From a virus, in IMG/VR virus record IMGVR_UViG_2660238120_000001, positions 1 to 38,106 of that record: a stretch of 38,106 nucleotides of DNA; one strand, given 5' to 3'. The position numbers and the translations under genes are program-made. Below the pieces are notes generated by a model, which worked only from the letters and a program-made list of their open reading frames with translations, searched no databases and was not told the origin of the DNA. This document shows, piece after piece, positions 27,086-33,778 of the stretch (its first letter is position 1; each line of letters starts with the position of its first letter).

Positions 27086-27116
27086 ACACATAGGATAATG
27101 TAATAATCCTATGTGT
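27086..27116. promoter_or_regulatory. 11-9-11 (or 12-7-12) inverted repeat upstream of the recombinase; candidate core recombination site
   Basis: ACACATAGGAT AATGTAATA ATCCTATGTGT. No T-run follows on either strand. Confidence 0.4.
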
Positions 27117-27118
27117 GA

Positions 27119-27244
27119 TTACTTCCTTAAACAAAAATAGTAAATAGCTACAAAAATCAAAATGATAACGGCAGATGACAAAATCATAATCATACTCAAA
27201 TCATTCAATGGCATATTCCACAACTCATCAAAAAGTTGTTTCAT
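27119..27244 (-). CDS. Possible 41-aa membrane peptide
   Basis: MKQLFDELWNMPLNDLSMIMILSSAVIILIFVAIYYFCLRK. ATG 27244 is coupled to the upstream stop. The ORF is below the track cut-off. Confidence 0.4.
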   Translation of the reverse strand: MKQLFDELWNMPLNDLSMIMILSSAVIILIFVAIYYFCLRK

Positions 27245-27248
27245 CTCA

Positions 27249-27521
27249 TCAACCCCTAAATTTTAAAATAGTTGCTAATATTTTATTGTCTGGATCAGCT
27301 ACATCAATTTCAGCACTGGTTTTAGTATAACTATTAACACTAGCTGTATTTAATAGCTGCTTTTTCAAAGCATTAGCAAGTTTAGGGATGTTAAGCGCCT
27401 TGAACACTGATTGCATAATACTTTGAAATAAAGAATTATCAAAAATAATCTCATCTTTAAAAACGCAATCAACCGTTAAAACGCCTTGACCATACCTAAT
27501 ATAGACATTATCTTCACTCAT
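27249..27521 (-). CDS. Hypothetical protein (90 aa)
   Basis: ORF with SD GAGGGA. Confidence 0.65.
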   Translation of the reverse strand: MSEDNVYIRYGQGVLTVDCVFKDEIIFDNSLFQSIMQSVFKALNIPKLANALKKQLLNTASVNSYTKTSAEIDVADPDNKILATILKFRG

Positions 27522-27572
27522 TTTTATCCCTCATTCCGCTATATGTTAAGTTTTGTTAAGTTTTCAATAGAT

Positions 27573-27848
27573 TTAGTTAAAATCTCTGTCGATTAAAACG
27601 TAATTGTTTTTAAATTCATCAGATTTACAACATGTATAATCTAGCATTCCATGTTTAATGACATAGTCGCCTATGGCACACGTATGACTGCCAAACGGAC
27701 TATGTACGGTTAAGTTTCTATTTTCATTAGTGCTAAAGGCTTTTAATTCCATAGAACCAACGTTTTTAATCAAAGTATTGCGGAAACCGTCCCACTTAAA
27801 AGCATTAACAACGTTAGATTTTCGTTTATATAGATTAATTAAAAACAC
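27573..27848 (-). CDS. Hypothetical protein (about 88-91 aa)
   Basis: ORF whose listed GTG lies inside SD AGGAGGTG. An in-frame ATT at 27837-27839 has ideal spacing. Confidence 0.65.
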   Translation of the reverse strand: MFLINLYKRKSNVVNAFKWDGFRNTLIKNVGSMELKAFSTNENRNLTVHSPFGSHTCAIGDYVIKHGMLDYTCCKSDEFKNNYVLIDRDFN

Positions 27849-27921
27849 CTCCTGGTATCATTGTATTTTTTTATTATTTTATTTTTATAAGTTAAAGTAA
27901 GCTGATACATTTTTATGTAAC

Positions 27922-27955
27922 AAAAAAAGGGCTGGTAAACACCAGTCCTTTTTAA
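27922..27955 (-). terminator. Bidirectional-looking rho-independent terminator downstream of the RinA-family gene
   Basis: AAAAAAAGGGCTGGT, AAAC, ACCAGTCCTTTTT. Confidence 0.7.
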
Positions 27956-28109
27956 GAATGTCGATTCAAAATATTTACAATAAGCAAAGTTACAGTAGGA
28001 TTTGTTAATTCACATTAGCAAAAGTTTTCAATTAGCAAATAACTAATCGCTAACTAACACCATACATAATATAACACATAACTACCCCCAATTTTTACCC
28101 AATTTTTAC

Positions 28110-28586
28110 TCAATTATGTTGATGCTTTTTAAGTCGCATTTCTTTCTCGTATTCATCCCGCTCGATTATATGGTGCATCCCCATATACTTCATAATGTCT
28201 TTTAATAGCTTTTTGCGTTGCTTATATAAATTGTTGTTGGCATAGCCATGATTTAAACCAATTCGCCTAAACGATTTATGGTTGTAGTGGTCAAAGTAAT
28301 ACTCTTTTACTACTTCGGCAAACGCTGGCTCACATCTAGCTAGTGCATCTTCTATTGCTGCTTTTTGAAATAAGAATTGTGAGATGAACTTGCTATCTTC
28401 AATTTTGAGTAATAATAGTTCCGCTTTAGCCTCTTTACTACCACTAGCAGTTCCACCTCCCACATTATCATCCCTACCAGCTATGTAAGGGTGTGCAATC
28501 TCTTGACGTTTCCTAGCTATATATCTTGGTATATTTGGATAATCTCTAAGTATGTGTTCCATGAAATTTACAGTATCTTTGTTCAT
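28110..28586 (-). CDS. rinA: Late-gene transcriptional activator, RinA family
   Basis: LRDYPNIPRYI, EIAHPY, GGG, and KEYYFDHYN match the DYPN...EYYF pattern of RinA. It is the last gene of the early operon. Confidence 0.78.
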   Translation of the reverse strand: MNKDTVNFMEHILRDYPNIPRYIARKRQEIAHPYIAGRDDNVGGGTASGSKEAKAELLLLKIEDSKFISQFLFQKAAIEDALARCEPAFAEVVKEYYFDHYNHKSFRRIGLNHGYANNNLYKQRKKLLKDIMKYMGMHHIIERDEYEKEMRLKKHQHN

Positions 28587-28588
28587 TT

Positions 28589-29044
28589 TTAGCCCCCTAC
28601 CTTGATTCTATTTATCTTCTTTACTCTGTACATCTTATAGCGCCCTTGTATTAGTTTGCTACTGGATAGCGCATTGCTTAGTTGCCTATGAGTAAATTCA
28701 ACCCCTAAGTTTTCAAGGGCCTCAGATAAATCTTTAAATCCTTTGAATATTTTTTTATGTCTAGTACAAGTATCTTCAATCACGATATATCTAACCACTA
28801 GCTTATTAACTCGGATTATTCGGCTAACGCTAGTGGGGTTTAAATTCATGTACTTAGCTATGTCTTTAACTCGATAACCTAAATCTAACAATTCAGCAAC
28901 CTTTGCAGTATTTTCATTAACTTCTGCATTTTTAACCATTTCGGCTATTCTTTTAACTCTAGGATCATCACTACTCACATTTTTAAGGCTGCCCTCTTGA
29001 TACTCCAACTGATAAACAGCTTGTAGTATTGGATTGTTCTTCAC
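28589..29044 (-). CDS. HTH DNA-binding protein
   Basis: VKDIAKYMNLNPTSVSRIIRVNKL looks like a helix-turn-helix. Confidence 0.6.
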   Translation of the reverse strand: MKNNPILQAVYQLEYQEGSLKNVSSDDPRVKRIAEMVKNAEVNENTAKVAELLDLGYRVKDIAKYMNLNPTSVSRIIRVNKLVVRYIVIEDTCTRHKKIFKGFKDLSEALENLGVEFTHRQLSNALSSSKLIQGRYKMYRVKKINRIKVGG

Positions 29045-29047
29045 AAC

Positions 29048-29761
29048 TCATCCCCCATTTGTGTATTTTATTGGTTCTCCCATATGCACATCGTATTTTT
29101 GATTTAATCTACCTAAATGCAATCTTTTAGATAGTTCTTTATCAACTCTTACGCCTGTTAAGACGTATTTATCTAAAAAGGTCTTAATACCTATAGTGTG
29201 CTGCATATTATGATGCTCATAGCAAAGTGGTAATACTGTATAGCCAATATGTACCATTTTCTGTCGATTAGCGCCCATCCCAATAGCGTGAACGTGTGCT
29301 ACTTGCATTTTATGGCCACATATACAACATTTTTTATTGTTTAAGCAGTTTATCTCCCAACCGTAACTATCTTTAGCAATATCTAAAGCCTTACTAGCAA
29401 ACTCAACATCCCACTCTAAGCAAATATTAACTAAGTAATCTATAAAGTTATTAGCAATGGTTACAGTGCAGTTACTTAACGAAAACATTTCTTGGTGGTG
29501 TTGTTTACAAAAATTACGCTTTAGTTCTTGCTTAATTGTTTCTAAGTCCATTTGCATGGTTTTAGTTATTGAGTTCAATAGTGCGTATATTTTCCGCTGC
29601 TGCTTATAACTAATAATTCTTTTATCGTCAAAATCCAGCTCTAAATAATTGCCAATATTATTTTTAAATAAATTGGATTCGTGTACATCAATATCATCTA
29701 GTTTTAAAACTATAGTATTTTCTTGATGGTTAAACGCCTTTATTTCGCCAAAGTATTTCAT
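29048..29761 (-). CDS. Putative HNH-type nuclease (Cys/His cluster)
   Basis: CCICGHKMQVAHVHAIGMGANR...LPLCYEHHNMQH. Confidence 0.5.
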   Translation of the reverse strand: MKYFGEIKAFNHQENTIVLKLDDIDVHESNLFKNNIGNYLELDFDDKRIISYKQQRKIYALLNSITKTMQMDLETIKQELKRNFCKQHHQEMFSLSNCTVTIANNFIDYLVNICLEWDVEFASKALDIAKDSYGWEINCLNNKKCCICGHKMQVAHVHAIGMGANRQKMVHIGYTVLPLCYEHHNMQHTIGIKTFLDKYVLTGVRVDKELSKRLHLGRLNQKYDVHMGEPIKYTNGG

Positions 29762-29782
29762 TGCTATAGCTCCTATACTTAG

Positions 29783-29855
29783 TTCAATCGATTTTCAATC
29801 AAATAATGGCCTTTAAATTAACGTTTATATTATTTTTCAATCGATTTTCAATCAA
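29783..29855. repeat. Two perfect 20-bp direct repeats, each made of two TTCAATC units
   Basis: TTCAATCGATTTTCAATCAA occurs at 29783-29802 and 29836-29855, a period of 53 bp, in an intergenic position. Confidence 0.85.
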
Positions 29856-30154
29856 TAATCTTTGATGCTTTCTGCCAATTCATAAACGATTTTCAATATT
29901 CTGTAGTCAATAACGGGATGTTTACTAAAAAAAGTCATCCCATCAGACTGAATCCCAATAAAAACATGTCTATAATCTTTTGTTTTAGCCCACTCAATAT
30001 CAGCAAGATAAATTGTATTTGATACTGTACTTTTGAAAAACTTAACTTGTTCTCCAGCTGTATTACTATATTTAGATAATCTATCATTAGCATTTAAAAT
30101 GGCTTGCTTAACGCTCTCGTTACTCATAATTATTAATTTATTGTTTTTACTCAT
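29852..30154 (-). CDS. Hypothetical early protein (100 aa)
   Basis: ORF in the early operon. Confidence 0.65.
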   Translation of the reverse strand: MSKNNKLIIMSNESVKQAILNANDRLSKYSNTAGEQVKFFKSTVSNTIYLADIEWAKTKDYRHVFIGIQSDGMTFFSKHPVIDYRILKIVYELAESIKDY

Positions 30155-30160
30155 GATTGA

Positions 30161-30406
30161 TTAAACGTCCTCCGCTGGTATTTGATTCTCTACCACATAC
30201 TCAACATAAGCATCTGTATGAGTAGCAAAGCCACCGCCAAATTGCTGGCCATGTTTAGTCAGTAGTTTTATTGCTTGGCTATGGTTCATTTCAAAGGCGT
30301 TTTTAGGGTTGGCATTGGTAAACATTCTATGCTTTTTACAATGCACATAGTTTTTAGTTCTCTGTTCATCATAAAAGTAAACTACAAAATCTTTTTTAAT
30401 AGGCAC
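30161..30406 (-). CDS. Hypothetical early protein (81 aa)
   Basis: ORF in the early operon. Confidence 0.65.
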   Translation of the reverse strand: MPIKKDFVVYFYDEQRTKNYVHCKKHRMFTNANPKNAFEMNHSQAIKLLTKHGQQFGGGFATHTDAYVEYVVENQIPAEDV

Positions 30407-30710
30407 TAACTAAATCCTCCTTAAAATTATCAATTTTTAACAATCTCTGATTAGCACTAGCTATATATAACCTAGAAATCAATTCTCTTAAATCTGGATT
30501 ATCTTTTAGGCTTGATTTATATAAAATCTTAAACAACTTAAAAGCCTCTTGATGATTTAAAACCACTCTGTCTACATAAGGGTTTAAGAACTTATCTAGC
30601 TCTTTAACAGAGTTTTTAGGTCTGATTAGTCTATAAGTATTAAACTCATCATAGAATTGCTTATATCCAAATTCTGATGCTATTAAATGCTTTATATTTT
30701 GTAAGTTCAC
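30396..30710 (-). CDS. Hypothetical early protein (104 aa)
   Basis: GTG start with SD AGGAGGG at 7-nt spacing. Confidence 0.65.
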   Translation of the reverse strand: MNLQNIKHLIASEFGYKQFYDEFNTYRLIRPKNSVKELDKFLNPYVDRVVLNHQEAFKLFKILYKSSLKDNPDLRELISRLYIASANQRLLKIDNFKEDLVSAY

Positions 30711-30739
30711 AAATCATCCCTCCTAACAAAAAATTGTCA

Positions 30740-31555
30740 TTACATATCTTTAAGCTGCTGTTGTAATTCAGCTTTTTTACTTGCATCAATATGTTCTTTA
30801 GGTGGTTTGTAATCATCCCTGGCCCAATTAGGTAAGCTCTCTTTAACAGATTTCTTTTTATTAACTTTTCTATTAGTAATGGTGCTTTTGTTCCTACTGT
30901 TCATATAAGCATCAGCACTCTTAACGTCTGTAACGTTATGTTTTTGCCAATCTTTTAATATTTTTGATAAATACGAAAAGCTGGTTTGTACAGTTACTCC
31001 GTTAGATGCAGCTACATTCACTGCATGATTAAACAAATCTTGGCCATATTCTTTTATTAAATTTATCAGTTTTCGTTTTAAAACTTTGTTCAGTTCTGGC
31101 CATACTGATTTGTAAAATTTCAGTGCGCTTTCTTCCTCTTCTTCTTTATTAAATAATCTATTAGATAATCTTTTATCTTGGACATTTTTGTCGTAAGGTG
31201 TAGACAATTTTGTCGTGGGGTATGGATATGTTCGTCCACACCCCCTAGACATTTTTGTCGATAGGGTAATATATCTTTTTTCTATTTCTTTTGAATCTTT
31301 TTTATAAATTATTTCAACATTTATAAGACCAACATCTCTTAGCTTACTAATGGATCTAGAAACAGACCTAGTAGTTACTTCTACTCCTTCGGCTAATTTT
31401 GCGTTACTCATAAAACAAACATCGACAATATTTAACATGGTATAAATTTGTGAGTAGATAATTTTATCTGTAGAGTTAAGACCTTTACCTGTTAAATTTT
31501 CTATCGGCATTTGGATAAATTTATTTGGAGTTGTAATTTGATTATTTGTGGCCAT
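30740..31555 (-). CDS. Phage replisome organizer / DnaD-like replication initiator
   Basis: N-terminal winged-helix region (AKLAEGVEVTTRSVSRSISKLRDVGLI). C-terminal DnaD-type motif FSYLSKILKDWQKHNVT. Tail LPNWARDDY. Confidence 0.8.
   Translation of the reverse strand: MATNNQITTPNKFIQMPIENLTGKGLNSTDKIIYSQIYTMLNIVDVCFMSNAKLAEGVEVTTRSVSRSISKLRDVGLINVEIIYKKDSKEIEKRYITLSTKMSRGCGRTYPYPTTKLSTPYDKNVQDKRLSNRLFNKEEEEESALKFYKSVWPELNKVLKRKLINLIKEYGQDLFNHAVNVAASNGVTVQTSFSYLSKILKDWQKHNVTDVKSADAYMNSRNKSTITNRKVNKKKSVKESLPNWARDDYKPPKEHIDASKKAELQQQLKDM
31181..31260. repeat. Iteron cluster inside the organizer gene (candidate lytic origin)
   Basis: GACATTTTTGTCG at 31181-31193, GACAATTTTGTCG at 31203-31215 and GACATTTTTGTCG at 31248-31260. 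An inverted repeat GGGGTATGG / CCACACCCC lies between them. Confidence 0.7.
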
Positions 31556-31561
31556 ACCGTT

Positions 31562-31825
31562 TCACCCTCTTGCTTTATTAAGTTTAAAATCATCATGTGT
31601 TTTATATGCTGTTTTTATAACTTCAGTCAATATTCTATGCAGCAATTCTTTATGACATATTTCATTATCACTTATCCAATTTTTTTGTATTGGAAAAGCA
31701 TTAAAGTCAACTCCATAAGCTTTACAAAGATTTTTAGATAAGTTCATCACAAAATCTTCTTTTTTACTAAAGTGTTCATTATTTAATCCAATTAATTTAT
31801 TTTCATTAAAACTATACTTTGACAT
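31562..31825 (-). CDS. Hypothetical early protein (87 aa)
   Basis: ORF with SD AAAGAGGTGA. Confidence 0.65.
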   Translation of the reverse strand: MSKYSFNENKLIGLNNEHFSKKEDFVMNLSKNLCKAYGVDFNAFPIQKNWISDNEICHKELLHRILTEVIKTAYKTHDDFKLNKARG

Positions 31826-31842
31826 TATTATTCACCTCTTTA

Positions 31843-31867
31843 TGTAATATCTCTCTATGAGATATTA
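31843..31867. promoter_or_regulatory. Perfect 10-5-10 palindrome carrying the GAGATAT operator motif
   Basis: GTAATATCTC TCTAT GAGATATTAC, between the cro-like gene and the next gene. Confidence 0.6.
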
Positions 31868-31872
31868 CATAA

Positions 31873-32109
31873 CTAATCAAAAAATAAACGTTGAGGGGTA
31901 TCTTTCAAAACATATGAAATTATAGCTATTTCATAATCATGAAAAGGATATATTCCTCTTTCTTTAAGTTCATACTGTCTTCTACTAGAACCTATACAAT
32001 TACCTAGGTATTCTGTTGATAATTCATTACTTAACCTAACTTTTCTCAGGTTATATTTAGGCTTTAGCCATTCATTTCTTAAATCTTGTTTTTTTACTTT
32101 TAAATTCAA
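31873..32109 (-). CDS. Cro-like XRE-family HTH regulator
   Basis: LRKVRLSNELSTEYLGNCIGSSRRQYELKERG; divergent from the repressor gene. Confidence 0.75.
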   Translation of the reverse strand: MNLKVKKQDLRNEWLKPKYNLRKVRLSNELSTEYLGNCIGSSRRQYELKERGIYPFHDYEIAIISYVLKDTPQRLFFD

Positions 32110-32273
32110 AATATCTCAAATCCTTTCGCAATATATAAACTTTATACATATAACAATATGTATATCTCAACGTAATTATCACAAACTGTGATATTATTGT
32201 CAATGATTTTATTCTTTTATGAGATATTTATTTACTTATGAGATATTTATGTTAATATTAATTTTGTTGGGAG
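32110..32273. promoter_or_regulatory. Genetic switch region: divergent promoters plus repeated operators
   Basis: The minus-strand promoter is TTGACA (32198-32203), 17-nt spacer, GATAAT (32175-32180). Palindrome TATCACA-AAC-TGTGATA lies at 32177-32193. The (A/T)TGAGATAT motif occurs at 32111-32119, 32163-32171, 32219-32227 and 32238-32246. Confidence 0.65.
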
Positions 32274-32645
32274 GTGATTACTATTGTTCCCAAAAATATG
32301 TTAGGCCCTATTATCAAAAATATAAGAAAAGAAAAACATATGACGCAAAATCAGTTAAGTGAGATTACTGGTTATAAACAAAACACGATTTCTCAGCACG
32401 AGGGGCAGAAAAGAGAGCTCGGAGAAAGTGATTTGAGAACATATGCAAATGCTTTTGGGATAACGCCTCAACACTTTTATGACAGGCTTAGTGGTAGTAG
32501 TGAACAAATAGCCAAAATGATAGCGGATAATAAAAATAAAGATGATACAAAGAAATCGCTTTTGAACATAATAGATCGCTTAACTGTTGAAGAACGACAA
32601 TCTGTATTAGAATTTGCTAGATTTAAACTAAGTCAACATAAATAA
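32274..32645 (+). CDS. CI-like repressor, XRE HTH, no S24 peptidase domain
   Basis: IRKEKHMTQNQLSEITGYKQNTISQHEGQKR. The start is uncertain because the GTG is embedded in SD GGGAGGTG; ATT 32283 is well spaced. Confidence 0.8.
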   Translation: MITIVPKNMLGPIIKNIRKEKHMTQNQLSEITGYKQNTISQHEGQKRELGESDLRTYANAFGITPQHFYDRLSGSSEQIAKMIADNKNKDDTKKSLLNIIDRLTVEERQSVLEFARFKLSQHK

Positions 32646-32673
32646 AAAGAGAACTATTGAGTTCTCTTTTTTT
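32645..32673 (+). terminator. Terminator after the repressor gene
   Basis: AAAAGAGAAC, TATTGA, GTTCTCTTTT, then TTT. Confidence 0.8.
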
Positions 32674-32778
32674 GCAACATACTAATTCATATCATTAGAA
32701 ATATTTAATTTTTGTAATTATTAAAAAAATGTTAAGATTACAAGGTTCATATTTAAATATTTGGAGGAATGAATATCA

Positions 32779-33552
32779 ATGGTAAACTTAATATTATTTT
32801 ACATAATACTATCATTACTATTAATATCCACTGTAACTTTTGGAATTATTTGGTATAAAAGCAACAGAGAAAAAAAGAGTTTATTTTTCAAACTATTCAT
32901 CGGAAGTTTAATTAGTGCTATAGGACTAGCAATAACTCCCGCAATGCACGATTTAATTGCAGGAATAGGAATACTAGCCGTAATGGTTTCCATAATCTAT
33001 ATTTACATGGTAAGCAAAGGAAAAGCAACAAACGTGTTTTTAAAGTATTCTATCATGAGTATTGTGATAGGAGCTTTATTTACAGTAATGGGATTCTGCT
33101 TTAAAAGTTATTCACAACAAGGATTAGATAGAGAAGCAGCAATAACTAAATCTATTTCAGAAGATGCTAATTCTAGTAGCTCTTCTGAATCAAAGAAAGA
33201 AAAAGAAAGTGAAAAGGACCAAAAAGATTTAGAAAACGCTAACTATTTAGGATATAAGTATATGCTGGAAGATGTTCCAAAAAACACTAATCATGTGATA
33301 ACAAAAGCATATATGGATAAGGATAAAAACTATAATACGACCATCTTTGTAAACGATCAAATTTCTTCATTAAGCGGTTCTGAACTGAAACGATATGTAA
33401 AAGTTGTTTTTGATAAAGTTAAAAAATTAGAAGATGGATATGAACCTAACGAAAAATCTGGAGCAAGTAGAATAATAATAAATGATTCATCCGGCAACAG
33501 ATTAGCACATTCTTCATTTTTTACTAGAAAAATAAAATATGATTTTGAATAA
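32779..33552 (+). CDS. Polytopic membrane protein with Ser-rich linker and C-terminal soluble domain; candidate superinfection-exclusion protein
   Basis: Four N-terminal TM helices. It sits immediately after the repressor on the lysogeny strand, with its own SD TGGAGGAA. Confidence 0.75.
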   Translation: MVNLILFYIILSLLLISTVTFGIIWYKSNREKKSLFFKLFIGSLISAIGLAITPAMHDLIAGIGILAVMVSIIYIYMVSKGKATNVFLKYSIMSIVIGALFTVMGFCFKSYSQQGLDREAAITKSISEDANSSSSSESKKEKESEKDQKDLENANYLGYKYMLEDVPKNTNHVITKAYMDKDKNYNTTIFVNDQISSLSGSELKRYVKVVFDKVKKLEDGYEPNEKSGASRIIINDSSGNRLAHSSFFTRKIKYDFE

Positions 33553-33554
33553 AT

Positions 33555-33605
33555 AAAAAATAACCACTTTTTCGTAATTAAATACTGAAAGGTGGTTATT
33601 TTTTA
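33555..33605 (+). terminator. Strong bidirectional terminator
   Basis: AAAAAATAACCACTTTTT ... GAAAGGTGGTTATTTTTT. Confidence 0.8.
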
Positions 33606-33743
33606 TGGATGAAGAATTAATAGAAAAAATAGAATATTTGATTGCATATGCTGATGAGGATATTAAATGGATGATTGATCATGGAGAGCTGTAGTATATG
33701 TGAATGTTGATGTGAATATATATTAACACTTTGTTATAAGAGA

Positions 33744-33778
33744 TAAAAAAGCCCATATCATTAAGATATAGGCTTTTT
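33744..33778 (-). terminator. Terminator of the 366-aa membrane protein gene
   Basis: On the minus strand: AAAAAGCCTATATC, TTAAT, GATATGGGCTTTTTT. Confidence 0.7.

Noticed and set aside
27545-27564. Tandem 10-bp repeat GTTAAGTTTT x2 between two small ORFs.
   Set aside because: There are only two copies in AT-rich intergenic DNA, with no associated structure or recurrence elsewhere.
33605-33694. A 29-codon ORF (MDEELIEKIEYLIAYADEDIKWMIDHGEL) right after the terminator at 33555-33605.
   Set aside because: It is very short, its only SD-like element is the terminator stem itself, and it has no supporting context.
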